Source: an uncultured Acidobacteriota bacterium (GTDB taxonomy: Bacteria > Acidobacteriota > UBA6911). Taken from it: 64,000 nt of DNA. The first letter of the stretch is position 1; every line of letters starts with the position of its first letter. The position numbers and the translations under genes were made by a program. Shown here piece by piece: positions 26,345 to 36,326 of the stretch. The notes beneath the pieces were generated by a model that did no database searches, was not told the DNA's origin, and saw only the letters and a list, made by a program, of their open reading frames with translations. The stretch covers positions 39,859-103,858 of the forward strand of contig CAYYTC010000002.1 in assembly GCA_964474425.1 (NCBI GenBank), given 5' to 3'.

Positions 26345-27307
26345 ATGGGAAATTGGGAACTGCCGCCTAAGGGTGGGCTCATGGAAACCCCGGGCGTGTA
26401 TCTCCAGACCATGAACATGACGCAAATCAATGAGCGGCTCAAGAAAAACGACCTGATCCTCATCCCGGTCGGAAGCACGGAGTGCCACGGAGCCGCTCAG
26501 CCTCTGGGCGAGGACACCTTTCTTGTAACACGCATGGCCGAGCAGGTCGCGCAAAAGATGGGGTGCACGGTTGCCATGCCGGTCTGGTACGGTTCGCATC
26601 CGTATAACCATCTCGGCATGCCGGGCACAGTCGTGGTCCCGGAAGAGACATTTCTGGCCAACCTGCGGGCCATCATTGCCGGCCTGTGGAATATGGGCTT
26701 TCGCAAGCAGATATTCCTCAACGGTCATGGTCAGGAAGAAGTCATCCCCCTCGCGCTTCACCAGTGGGCGAAGAAGTACCAGGTGCCGTGCATGCTGATT
26801 TCACTGCACTGGCCGACAGTGATCCACGACTATCTCAAGGACAAAGCTCATGGAGGCATCTTCGACACGCGGTTCCAACATGCGGACGAAGCGGAAGCCT
26901 CCTATTCTCTGGCGCTTTTCCCGGAATTCTGTGACATGAAGCTGGCTGTGGACAACAAGCCGGAGGGATTCCTTCCTCCGGGTCACGTGGACGGGGGCGG
27001 AGAGGTGTATCACTCCCCGATCAAAGGCCATGAACACGTTGGATTGAGCGGCACGGAGGTCCTGGTCTATCCCGAGGGCGTAATCGGCAGCCCGACGCGC
27101 GCCAGCGCGGAAAAAGCTTTCAAAGGCCTTGACGTGCTGCTTGATTATATGTGCAAGCTGATCGACGACATCATGACGCGCTTCCCTGCCGGGCAGCTTC
27201 CGCCGGCTTCGAAGACGACCATGCGCGATCCCGCAGAGATCGAAGCGCTGCTGAAGGGACCCCTGAAGGGCGGCAAGCATCTGTACACGATCGCCTACCC
27301 ACCCTAA
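26345..27307 (+). CDS. creatininase-family amidohydrolase
   Basis: Start set at ATG 26345 (AGGAGGAGTC before it). LILIPVGSTECHGAAQPLGEDT...GHGQ matches the family's metal-binding motifs. Confidence 0.85.
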   Translation: MGNWELPPKGGLMETPGVYLQTMNMTQINERLKKNDLILIPVGSTECHGAAQPLGEDTFLVTRMAEQVAQKMGCTVAMPVWYGSHPYNHLGMPGTVVVPEETFLANLRAIIAGLWNMGFRKQIFLNGHGQEEVIPLALHQWAKKYQVPCMLISLHWPTVIHDYLKDKAHGGIFDTRFQHADEAEASYSLALFPEFCDMKLAVDNKPEGFLPPGHVDGGGEVYHSPIKGHEHVGLSGTEVLVYPEGVIGSPTRASAEKAFKGLDVLLDYMCKLIDDIMTRFPAGQLPPASKTTMRDPAEIEALLKGPLKGGKHLYTIAYPP

Positions 27308-27434
27308 GAATCCCTGGTTTTCAAACCCTGCAGGGGGGAGCTGCTTCTATGCAATCGGCTCCCCCCCCACTTTTTATCGCGGGATTGTTCAGGACGGCTC
27401 TAAATCATCCATCCACCTTGAGGGAGGACCTGCA

Positions 27435-28220
27435 TTGTCTCAATCCGTACGCGCCGTCGAGAGGGCACTGGATATCCTGCTGTGTTTCACCCACGAAGAG
27501 CCCACCCGCTCCCTGACGCAGATCGCCGAATCCATCCACATGTCCAAGACGACCGTGCACCGTCTTCTGGCGACGCTTGAAAACAAGCGATTCATCACCC
27601 GGGACAAAGCCACCGGTCTCTATCGCCTCGGTTTCCGCTTCATCGAAATGGCGTCGCTCGTCCTTCAGGATGTCGATCTTCACCGCTGGGCCAAACCCTA
27701 CCTGCAGCGTCTTTCGGCAGAGTATGGAGAGACGGTCGACCTGTCCATCCTGGACGGGTCCCATGTCATCTATCTCGATGTCATCGAAAGCCCCCAGCGC
27801 GTCAAGCTGGCGGCTGCAGTCGGACAGAGACTCCCGGCGCTTTACACAGCCTCGGGCAAGGCCCTGCTGGCATATCTGCCGGAAGATCTGGCCAAAAAGA
27901 TAATCGGCGAGAATCTGTCGGAAGCCTCCCAAAACACCCCGCTTTCGGAAATATTCGCTGATCTGCGCACAACCGCCGAGCGGGGCTATTCGATAGCGGA
28001 GCAGGAATACGAGGACGCTATCAACGCCGTAGCTGCGCCCATTTTTGGAGAGGACAGACAGCCGGTGGCCTCGATTGCCATTGTCGGTCCATCGTTCCGG
28101 CTCACCCGGGACCGTCTTCCAGCCATGGGAGAATCGCTCCGACAGATGACCCAGACCATCTCCAGCGAAATCGGGCTTGTTGCCCTATCCGCGATCGTCA
28201 GCAAAACACGCACGCGCTAA
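27435..28220 (+). CDS. IclR-family transcriptional regulator
   Basis: 261 aa, TTG start. VERALDILLCFTHEEPTRSLTQIAESIHMSKTTVHRLLATLENKRFI is the wHTH, followed by an IclR effector domain. Confidence 0.9.
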   Translation: MSQSVRAVERALDILLCFTHEEPTRSLTQIAESIHMSKTTVHRLLATLENKRFITRDKATGLYRLGFRFIEMASLVLQDVDLHRWAKPYLQRLSAEYGETVDLSILDGSHVIYLDVIESPQRVKLAAAVGQRLPALYTASGKALLAYLPEDLAKKIIGENLSEASQNTPLSEIFADLRTTAERGYSIAEQEYEDAINAVAAPIFGEDRQPVASIAIVGPSFRLTRDRLPAMGESLRQMTQTISSEIGLVALSAIVSKTRTR

Positions 28221-28530
28221 AAGGTATTTCCCGGACTTCCCGAAAAAAAAGAGGCGCCACGGATACGCCGCCAGGCTGCTGATACATCAGAATCTGCATC
28301 CCGCATGGGAGCAAAATATGGCACAAAGATATTTTCGAAGCAGGCTGATTGGTTCCCGTGTTGGAAGCCTCGGTGCGTGGGTATCGGCACGCAGGGGTAT
28401 TTTTGTGCCGCAGAGGATGCTGCCCGGTGGGCTCAGAAATCTGCCATGCGGAGGGACAGGCACGAAAGAAACCGAGTGCTTTCTATATATAGAGTAAGGG
28501 AGAAATTGATGATCGAAACAGAAATGGCCG

Positions 28531-28755
28531 ATGTATCAAAATCTGGCGGTTACCGAAAGAGCAGTCCTCAGACTGATCGAGGGAAAGCTCACAATGGTGG
28601 AAATAGCGCCGGGCATCGATCTGGAGAAAGACATCCTGGCGCACATGGATCTCAAGTCTCACATTTCCCCGGATCTCAAGCTGATGCCCGAAGAGATCTT
28701 TTATCCGGAGTGGGGAAAACTGAAACAGCATATGCTGGCGAAGAGGGAAAAATAG
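28531..28755 (+). pseudogene. C-terminal relic of an acyl-CoA:acetate/3-ketoacid CoA-transferase (YdiF-like) gene
   Basis: 74 codons, ...VTERAVLRLIEGKLTMVEIAPGIDLEKDILAHMDLKSHISPDLKLMPEEIF, match only the last roughly 70 residues of about 520-aa family members. Stops occur in all frames immediately upstream. Confidence 0.55.
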
Positions 28756-28878
28756 TCCCCGTTTTCTCTGGATGGCCGGATTCCAAAGCTCGCGTCGACC
28801 TTTTCCCAATCCAGGCACCGCAGCCAGCAAACAGGCTCGCCGGCTTATGAAGATATCCGCACATGGGAGTCGCAGCCT

Positions 28879-29643
28879 ATGACGGATCCGACACAGCGCT
28901 TTTCCAGCCGGGTTGACAACTACGTCAAGTATCGTCCGCGTTATCCAAAGGAAGTGGTTGAGACACTTCGGCAGGAGTGCGCCCTTAACTCCTCCTCGAC
29001 GGTTGCCGACATCGGCGCCGGCGCCGGCGCTCTGACGGAACTGTTCCTTGAAAACGGAAACCTTGTCTATGCCGTCGAGCCCAATCGGGAAATGAGGAAA
29101 GCCGCAGAGCGTCTCCTACAGGGATATCCGGGCTTCCGCAGCGTTGCAGGCAAAGCGGAAGCCACGAAGCTAAAAGATCAATGCGTGGATCTTGTCGTGG
29201 TCGGTCAGGCGTTCCACTGGTTTGACATGGGGGAAACGCGCCGTGAATTCCTGCGCATCCTCCGTCCTCCATCCTGGGTCATGGTGGTGTGGAATGAGCG
29301 GGAATTCCAGGCGACACCCTTCCTTGCAGCCTACGACCGGCTCCTTCAGCGCTATGCGCCGGATTACGCCAGGGTGGCGCATAAACGCGTTTACGATACC
29401 GCCTTGTCCGATTTCTACGGAACCTCCGGTTTCACCTCCAAAACCTTCCCCTATAGGCAGGAATTAAATTTCGCGGGCGTACGAGGACGGATGCTGTCGT
29501 CATCCTATACGCCCGAACCCGGCCATCCCAACCACGAGCCGATGATGGCCGAACTTGTAAAAATCTATGAGGCCCACGAGGTGAATGGGCGGGTAACATT
29601 CGAGTACATCACCAGGATGTACTACGGCCGATTGACAGGCTAG
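28879..29643 (+). CDS. class I SAM-dependent methyltransferase
   Basis: 254 aa. Motif I VADIGAGAGALTE, then VYAVEPNREM and VVVGQAFHWF. Confidence 0.85.
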   Translation: MTDPTQRFSSRVDNYVKYRPRYPKEVVETLRQECALNSSSTVADIGAGAGALTELFLENGNLVYAVEPNREMRKAAERLLQGYPGFRSVAGKAEATKLKDQCVDLVVVGQAFHWFDMGETRREFLRILRPPSWVMVVWNEREFQATPFLAAYDRLLQRYAPDYARVAHKRVYDTALSDFYGTSGFTSKTFPYRQELNFAGVRGRMLSSSYTPEPGHPNHEPMMAELVKIYEAHEVNGRVTFEYITRMYYGRLTG

Positions 29644-29817
29644 CTCCGCCCCTGCCCCGGAAATCCTCTTTCGGCCCGGATCCCGCAGCCTTCCCCCCGA
29701 AAGGGTTGCAGATTACAGGTCACAGGTCAAAAAGCCGCTCGCAGGGCGATGGAAGTTGAAGAGAAATGCAGAGAAAATCGATTACGGGGAAAGGTATTAG
29801 GGGGGCAGTGGTGCACT

Positions 29818-30024
29818 TCAGGCGGTTTCCTCGTACCAGGCGCCATTCGGCTCGGATTCGAGCTCTGCCAGTGATGAAATCCGGTATAGCTCCAATAAAA
29901 GCAACGGCGGAATGGCATCCAATTGCAGCGACATCCGACGCTCGCATTCAGAGCAGCCGCGCAGGAACAGCCACGTTAGGATCAGGAGAACCAGATAAAT
30001 CGCCAATCCGATAATCCAATACAT
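29818..30024 (-). CDS. possible small membrane protein (68 aa)
   Basis: MYWIIGLAIYLVLLILTWLFLRG gives one clear TM helix followed by an acidic tail. The SD is weak and no homology is recognised. Confidence 0.3.
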   Translation of the reverse strand: MYWIIGLAIYLVLLILTWLFLRGCSECERRMSLQLDAIPPLLLLELYRISSLAELESEPNGAWYEETA

Positions 30025-30578
30025 ATCTGCCCACCCTGGTAAAAAAGGGTTGATGCCAATTTCAAATCGAAACAAGCTTTGGATGCAATTTACAAAAGCA
30101 AAATCCACGCCAAACGGGATCTTCGCGATCTGGCATCATAATCTATTGATAATAATAATTTTATCGCAGGCGTTCGGCATTGGGGGACCTGCCGCCGCAA
30201 AAACCACTTTCAGGGCATAAACGGACTGCACCAGGGCCATAATCCTGCATTTTATTAATAAATAATCACTTATCCCATAAGGGAAAATTTCCCCGATCCC
30301 GTTCGCTTTTTGCAGACTCAAAGGACTATGGCTTGCGGGGAATTCCCTGCCCCGCATCGATTGCAGGGTGTATACTCGGATTTCGGCAGGAGTGCCGCAT
30401 GCCTTCGGAATCCCGTGCGGCGCCGACGTTTCATGTGCCGATGCCTGTCGCCAAGGATTTTCGTCAGCGTCTGATAGAGCGTATGCCGATGCGCGTCACT
30501 GCCCTTCGAAGTCCTTTCTGACGGATATGCGTCCGGGGCATGCAGTCCCGGGGAAGAACAGGTGATGGGAGGCTAAAA

Positions 30579-32384
30579 ATGGAAAAACGCCAAAAGTTTT
30601 CCGTCTGGTACGTCCTTCTGGGCATATGGGTGGTACTGATCATCCAGAGTTACATCGCCTCCATGCTCGCAGCCCAAATGATGCCGTACAGCCGTTTCCT
30701 GGACCTCCTTAAGAACGGAAAGATTGTTGAGGTGGCGGTTACGGCCAATCAGATCGAGGGCAAGATGAAAGTGGACGGAGGGGCGCCCGGAGAGACAACG
30801 GCCTTCCACACCGTCCGTGTGGACCCGGAATTGTCCACCCTGCTCGACCAGTACAAGGTTGTTTTCAAAGGGGAAATCGAGTCGACGTTTTTGCGCGACA
30901 TCTTTTCATGGGTTTTTCCCCTGCTGCTGTTTGTGGGCATCTGGTACCTCTTCATTAAAAGAATGGGCTCCCAGCAGGCGGGCTTCATGACGCTCGGCAA
31001 AAACAAGGCAAAGATTTATGTACAGGATGAATTGAACGTTACATTCAAGGACGTTGCCGGCGTGGATGAAGCCGAGCAGGAACTGGTCGAAGTTGTCGAA
31101 TTCCTGAAATCCCCGGGGAAATTCACGGAACTGGGCGGGAGGATACCCAAGGGCATTCTCCTCGTGGGTCCTCCGGGTTCCGGGAAAACACTTCTGGCCA
31201 AAGCTGTAGCCGGGGAGAGCGGCGTGCCTTTCTTCAGTCTCTCAGGATCGGAGTTCGTCGAAATGTTCGTGGGCCTTGGGGCGGCCCGCGTGCGCGACCT
31301 TTTCGCCCAGGCCAAAGAGAAAGCCCCGTGCATCATATTTATCGATGAACTCGATGCCCTGGGAAAGGCCCGGGGAGTTGCTGCCATCGGCGGACACGAC
31401 GAAAGGGAACAGACCCTCAATCAGCTCCTGGTGGAAATGGATGGCTTCGATCCGAACGTAGGAGTTATTCTGATGGCCGCAACCAACAGGCCGGAGATTC
31501 TGGACCCCGCCCTCTTGAGACCGGGCCGGTTCGATCGCCATGTCCTCGTAGACCGGCCGGATAAAGCAGGTCGAGTGGAAATCCTCAAGGTGCACCTGAA
31601 AAAAATAAAAACGGTTTCGGATCTTGACGTGGAGAAGCTCGCCGGCATGACATCCGGGATGGTAGGGGCGGACCTTGCCAACCTGGTCAATGAAGCTGCG
31701 CTGCTTGCCGTCAGGCGGAACAGGAAAGAAGTGGGGATGGCGGAGTTCGAGGAGGCTGTCGAGCGAATCGTGGCAGGGCTCGAAAAGAAAAATCGCCTGA
31801 TAAATCCGGAAGAGAGGAAAGTCGTTGCGTATCACGAGATGGGCCATGCCCTGATAGCCCTCTCTTTGCCCGGCACGGATCCCGTGCAAAAAATTTCCAT
31901 CATTCCGCGCGGCATCGCCGCTTTGGGCTACACCATGCAGGTCCCGACCGAGGATCGCTTCCTGATGAAGAAGACCGAGCTTCTCAACAAGATCGCATCC
32001 CTGCTGGGAGGCAGGGCTGCGGAGGAGATCATATTCGGGGATGTCTCAACCGGCGCTCATAACGATCTGGCCAGGGCTACAGATATAGCGAAAAGCATGA
32101 TCAAGGAATACGGCATGAGCGACAAATTGGGTCAGGTATACTTCTCCCGGGAAAAGCGCCAGCAGTTTCTCGACCTGGGCGTGCAGGAAACAGCGGATTA
32201 CAGCAACGCCACGGCAGAGTCCATAGACCGGGAAATCAGCGCGATCATCAACAGGGAATACGCCCGGGCGATGGAAATTCTCAAAAGCAGGAAAGGCACC
32301 CTCGAAAAAGGGGCTGCCCTGCTGCTCGAAAAAGAAAAAATCGAGGGGCCGGAACTGCAGGCGCTTGTTGCCGCAAACCTATGA
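30579..32384 (+). CDS. ftsH: ATP-dependent zinc metalloprotease FtsH
   Basis: Start at ATG 30579 (GGGAGG upstream). Walker [12 protein letters not shown] region and HEMGHAL zinc motif are present, with two N-terminal TM segments. Confidence 0.95.
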   Translation: MEKRQKFSVWYVLLGIWVVLIIQSYIASMLAAQMMPYSRFLDLLKNGKIVEVAVTANQIEGKMKVDGGAPGETTAFHTVRVDPELSTLLDQYKVVFKGEIESTFLRDIFSWVFPLLLFVGIWYLFIKRMGSQQAGFMTLGKNKAKIYVQDELNVTFKDVAGVDEAEQELVEVVEFLKSPGKFTELGGRIPKGILLVGPPGSGKTLLAKAVAGESGVPFFSLSGSEFVEMFVGLGAARVRDLFAQAKEKAPCIIFIDELDALGKARGVAAIGGHDEREQTLNQLLVEMDGFDPNVGVILMAATNRPEILDPALLRPGRFDRHVLVDRPDKAGRVEILKVHLKKIKTVSDLDVEKLAGMTSGMVGADLANLVNEAALLAVRRNRKEVGMAEFEEAVERIVAGLEKKNRLINPEERKVVAYHEMGHALIALSLPGTDPVQKISIIPRGIAALGYTMQVPTEDRFLMKKTELLNKIASLLGGRAAEEIIFGDVSTGAHNDLARATDIAKSMIKEYGMSDKLGQVYFSREKRQQFLDLGVQETADYSNATAESIDREISAIINREYARAMEILKSRKGTLEKGAALLLEKEKIEGPELQALVAANL

Positions 32385-32412
32385 ATGTTCATTCATCCTG
32401 GAGCAGACTATC

Positions 32413-32637
32413 ATGAGTTCCAATCCTTTGCAGCGGACATCCGTTATTGCCCAACTCCTGAGGCGTCTGAACCTGCGGTACCCGACGCTATTCCTCCTCA
32501 TGGGCGGCCTGACGCTGCTCGATTTCCTGGTGCCCGACTTCATCCCTTTTGTGGATGAAATCGGGCTCGCCTGTCTCACAATTTTGTTGGGATCATGGAA
32601 AGGCCGTAAGGTCCCCCCATCGGACGAAACCTCCTGA
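32413..32637 (+). CDS. small membrane protein (74 aa), unknown function
   Basis: MSSNPLQRTSVIAQLLRRLNLRYPTLFLLMGGLTLLDFLVPDFIPFVDEIGLACLTILLG has two hydrophobic segments. It starts 28 nt after the ftsH stop. Confidence 0.5.
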   Translation: MSSNPLQRTSVIAQLLRRLNLRYPTLFLLMGGLTLLDFLVPDFIPFVDEIGLACLTILLGSWKGRKVPPSDETS

Positions 32638-32649
32638 CACGCGATCACC

Positions 32650-32895
32650 CTACTCGATCTCTCGGGTATTGTTTCGGCCGGGCACGTAGCCGCCGAACCA
32701 GCTAAACCACCCGAATTTCCACGAAGCGCCGACGACGACCAGCCCCCCGGCCCGCACCGTCTCGTCGAATATGCCGAAGCAGAGGATCCGGGTGAAATAC
32801 CCTTTCACCCCGTCAAAACACAAAAGGTTCTCCTTGTGGCCGAACCCGTGGCGGTTCTCCCTGGTTTCCCGCGACAGGATTCCGATGTTGCTCAT
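32650..32895 (-). CDS. hypothetical protein (81 aa)
   Basis: It starts 4 nt after the stop of the transglutaminase-like gene, so coupling is likely. It is Trp/Gly-rich (SWKFGWFSWFGGYVPG). No family recognised. Confidence 0.45.
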   Translation of the reverse strand: MSNIGILSRETRENRHGFGHKENLLCFDGVKGYFTRILCFGIFDETVRAGGLVVVGASWKFGWFSWFGGYVPGRNNTREIE

Positions 32896-32898
32896 CCC

Positions 32899-33594
32899 CT
32901 AAACCTTTACGACTTCTTCAACATCAAATCGCCCTCGCCGGACTTCCCCGTACTTTTCGAAACTGTTTATCCAGCCCCGGACCCTTTCCTCACCATAGGC
33001 TTTTTTAAATGCGGCCACTATTTCCGCTACGGGGATATCCGCGTAACTGCCATAAAACTCCACATATTCCATAAACCTTCTTCTGTCGGTGCTGTATGCC
33101 TGAAAAATCGAGTCTTCCCGGCCGTTGAAATCGAGCGGTTTTACGCCATGCCGCTCGCACAGTTCCCTGTTGAAAGCGGGCGTGGCTTTGACCCATTGGC
33201 CATCCAGGTAAAATTCCGTAAAGGCATGGTAGACAAATAGGTCCGACCCCATGAATTCCAGCAATTGCCGTGTCGCCAGGTGGTTCCGCACGGTGGCGAA
33301 GCCGATGCGCGACGGGATGCCGCCGGCTCTTCCAAGGGCGCACAGGAGCGACGCTTTGGGAATGCAGAATCCCCGCCCCCCGCTCAGTACGTTGCTGGCG
33401 CGGTACCATTCAGGGCTATGGAACGGATAGTAGGGATCATACCAGATGCCGTCCCGCACGGCATAGTAGAGGCGTATGGCCCGTTCGACGGGACCCTGAG
33501 CGTCTCCGATCTTCTCCCGGGCGAATGCCCGGATTCCCGCGTGATCGCTGTCGATGATGGCCGTAGGTTTCAGATAAAGCGCCAGCAAATCCAT
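32899..33594 (-). CDS. transglutaminase-like cysteine-protease-fold protein
   Basis: 231 aa. GRGFCIPKASLLCALGRAGGIPSRIGF matches the transglutaminase-core Cys motif. Confidence 0.8.
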   Translation of the reverse strand: MDLLALYLKPTAIIDSDHAGIRAFAREKIGDAQGPVERAIRLYYAVRDGIWYDPYYPFHSPEWYRASNVLSGGRGFCIPKASLLCALGRAGGIPSRIGFATVRNHLATRQLLEFMGSDLFVYHAFTEFYLDGQWVKATPAFNRELCERHGVKPLDFNGREDSIFQAYSTDRRRFMEYVEFYGSYADIPVAEIVAAFKKAYGEERVRGWINSFEKYGEVRRGRFDVEEVVKV

Positions 33595-33707
33595 AATTCC
33601 GTCCTCCCTGTGCCGAAGGCATTATAAACCATTTGCGAATGCAGCCGCTGCCCTGAAAGATCCCGGATTTCTGAATTGGCGTTGCGGGATCCGTTTATTA
33701 TATAGTT

Positions 33708-35759
33708 ATGGGCATGGATAGTGTTTCGAAGCGTTATCACACGCTGCTCGAAATATCCGAAGCCATCGCTGCCCATCATCACTTTTCAGATTTTTTTCAG
33801 TCTTTGAAAAGCAGCCTTGGCCGGATTATTCGGTTTGACAGCCTCGGCATTTCACTGTATGACGCGGAGCAGAGGACAAGCCGGCTGTACATGCTCGAAC
33901 CCGACATGCCCGGCGAATTCCCAATCGGCAGGATTTTTCGCGCGGATGAAACCCCGAATGCCTGGGCACTCGAAACGCTGCAGCCCTATTACGCCCCGGA
34001 TGTCGAGCAGGACGTCCGTTTCCCTGACCTGTCCCGGTCTATGCGGCGCCAGGGAATCGGGAGCTGCTGCGTGCTGCCCCTTTACACGGCACGACGGAGG
34101 CTGGGGGTCCTTTTTTTCGGGGCTTCGGGAAAAAATGCCTACCCGGGAGAGGACATCGAATTCATGCAGGATGCAGCCCGTCAGATCGCCGTGGCGCTGG
34201 AAAACCTGCTGAATCACGAAGCTGCCGCAGCGATGCAGCTGGAACTGGCAAGCGAGCGGGATCATCTCGAGCTGTTGCTCGATGTGAGTCATGCGGTGGC
34301 TGCGGAACTGGAAATCCGGAAACTCTTTGTCTCCATCTCGACCTGCCTGAGGAAGCTGCTGAAAGCCGAATTCGCAAGTCTCACGCTCATCGACGAGGAC
34401 ACAGGGCTCCTGCGGCGCCTGTCGCTTGATTTCCCGGGCAGCCGTGGGGTGTTCGAGGAAAACGTATTGCTGCCGCGCGAAGGGACTCCCGCAGGCGAAG
34501 CGCTATCCAAAAGGGCTCCGGTTCTGTGGCTCCGTGAAAAGCTCGAAAGCGTCAAGCAACCCTGGGCCGGCGCCCTGCTCCGGGAGGGATTGGTCGAGTT
34601 CTGCGCAGCCCCTCTGATATCGCGGCGGCGCGAACTCGGCACGCTCAACCTTCTCAGCCGGCGTGAAGGTGGTTTCAGCGAATCCCGAATCAGACTGCTC
34701 CAGGAAGTCGCAGCGCATTTCGCGATCGCGCTCGACAACGCTCTTGCATACCGGCGCATCGAGGAGCTGAATCAGAAGCTGGCGAAGGAAAACCTTTACC
34801 TGGCCGACGAGATCCGCAGCAATTATTTCTTCGAAGAAATCATCGGCGAAAGCAAAAGCCTGCAGAACGTCCTCAAACAGGTTGACCTTGTGGCCCCTTC
34901 CGATTCGACGGTGCTGATTTGCGGCGAGACAGGAACCGGCAAAGAACAGATCGCCCGCGCCATCCACAACCTCAGCGTGCGCCGGCTGAGCACGTTCGTC
35001 AAACTCAACTGCGCGGCCATCCCGACAGGACTGATCGAGAGCGAAATGTTCGGACATGAAAAGGGAGCATTCACCGGCGCCATCGCGCAGCGCATCGGCC
35101 GTTTCGAACTCGCGCATCGCGGCACGCTGTTCCTGGACGAAATCGGCGACATCCCGCTCGATCTCCAGTCCAAGCTGTTGCGCGTGTTGCAGGAACAGGA
35201 ATTCGAGCGTCTGGGGAGCGCAAGCACCATCCGGGTGGATGTTCGCCTTGTCGCCGCAACCAACCGGAATCTTCCGGAAATGGTGGAAAAGGGCGCATTC
35301 CGGAATGACCTGTTTTACCGGCTGAATGTTTTCCCGATTGTTTTGCCGCCGCTGCGGCAGCGCAACGAGGACATTCCGCTGCTGGTCCGATATTTTGCGC
35401 AGCAGGTCGCCCGGCGCATGGGAAAGAAGATCCGCACCATCCCCGCAGAGACCATGGAAAAGCTGGTTCGCTATCCCTGGCCGGGCAACGTGCGGGAACT
35501 GCAGAATCTGATTGAAAGGGCCGTAATCCTTTCTCCCGGCGACGTGCTGCAGGTACCGATTACCGAACTGAAAACCCCTTCCGGGCCAACCGTACATCCG
35601 GCACAGACTCTCGAACAGGCTGAGCGCCTGCACATCCTTGATGCGCTGCGCGAGACGAACTGGGTCGTCGGCGGGCCGCACGGAGCAGCCGCGCGGCTGG
35701 GCATGAAACGCTCCACCCTTCAGTCCCGCATGCAGAAGCTTGGCATCCGCAAAACATAG
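33708..35759 (+). CDS. sigma-54-dependent transcriptional activator with tandem GAF sensor domains (FhlA-like architecture)
   Basis: 683 aa. The AAA+ core has GETGTGKE, the GAFTGA loop (EKGAFTGA) and RVDVRLVAATN, followed by a C-terminal Fis-type HTH (AAARLGMKRSTLQSRMQKLGI). Confidence 0.9.
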   Translation: MGMDSVSKRYHTLLEISEAIAAHHHFSDFFQSLKSSLGRIIRFDSLGISLYDAEQRTSRLYMLEPDMPGEFPIGRIFRADETPNAWALETLQPYYAPDVEQDVRFPDLSRSMRRQGIGSCCVLPLYTARRRLGVLFFGASGKNAYPGEDIEFMQDAARQIAVALENLLNHEAAAAMQLELASERDHLELLLDVSHAVAAELEIRKLFVSISTCLRKLLKAEFASLTLIDEDTGLLRRLSLDFPGSRGVFEENVLLPREGTPAGEALSKRAPVLWLREKLESVKQPWAGALLREGLVEFCAAPLISRRRELGTLNLLSRREGGFSESRIRLLQEVAAHFAIALDNALAYRRIEELNQKLAKENLYLADEIRSNYFFEEIIGESKSLQNVLKQVDLVAPSDSTVLICGETGTGKEQIARAIHNLSVRRLSTFVKLNCAAIPTGLIESEMFGHEKGAFTGAIAQRIGRFELAHRGTLFLDEIGDIPLDLQSKLLRVLQEQEFERLGSASTIRVDVRLVAATNRNLPEMVEKGAFRNDLFYRLNVFPIVLPPLRQRNEDIPLLVRYFAQQVARRMGKKIRTIPAETMEKLVRYPWPGNVRELQNLIERAVILSPGDVLQVPITELKTPSGPTVHPAQTLEQAERLHILDALRETNWVVGGPHGAAARLGMKRSTLQSRMQKLGIRKT

Positions 35760-35916
35760 AAACCATCCCGTTTATCAAAGACGCATTTCATCCATGACTT
35801 TTCCCCGCCTGCCCGCATATGCCGAAAGCCTGGCACGTGCCGACATCCCGGCGCCGAAAAATCGGCAATCTGTCCCGATAAATCTCTAAGTCTTTATCTT
35901 TCAACATGCAAGATAT

Positions 35917-35932
35917 TGGCATGCATTTTGCT
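35917..35932 (+). promoter_or_regulatory. sigma-54 (-24/-12) promoter
   Basis: TGGCAT-gcatt-TTGCT against the consensus TGGCAC-N5-TTGCW. GG is at 35918-35919 and GC at 35930-35931, which is exact 12-nt spacing. It lies 28 nt upstream of ATG 35960 and 158 nt downstream of the activator gene. Confidence 0.7.
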
Positions 35933-35959
35933 ATTAGAAACTCAGGGGGGACAAATAAA

Positions 35960-36244
35960 ATGCTCAAAATTACCACCATCGATGTAAATGGGACCAGGAA
36001 GCTAAAACTTGAAGGGAAGCTCAAAGAGGCATGGGTTCTCGAGCTTGAGCAGTGCTGGCGGAGTTTCGACGGGCAAAAGAAGCTCGTCGTCGACCTGACG
36101 GACGTCGATTTTGTGGACACGGCCGGAAAATATCTGCTGGCTCTCATGTATGGCCGCGGCGCCCGGTTTGTTGCGGATAGCCCGATGATGAAGCAATATC
36201 TTGCCAAGCTCATAGCCACTTCCAAGCGCCTCGCAAACAATTGA
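35960..36244 (+). CDS. STAS-domain protein (anti-sigma-factor-antagonist fold)
   Basis: Trimmed to MLKITTIDVNGTRKLKLEGKL...LVVDLTDVDFVDTAGKYLL. Length and pattern are typical of STAS/SpoIIAA-like proteins. Confidence 0.7.
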   Translation: MLKITTIDVNGTRKLKLEGKLKEAWVLELEQCWRSFDGQKKLVVDLTDVDFVDTAGKYLLALMYGRGARFVADSPMMKQYLAKLIATSKRLANN

Positions 36245-36326
36245 AATCCGACAGACCTCCGAATCCGGGAAGTTGAAGTCACGCCCGAGCTCATCCAAAA
36301 CGGACGGGGTTCTGCGAGGAGTTAGA

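Noticed and set aside
34503-35681. 392-aa minus-strand ORF
   Set aside because: It is antisense to the sigma-54 activator (GAFTGA and Walker motifs lie on the plus strand).
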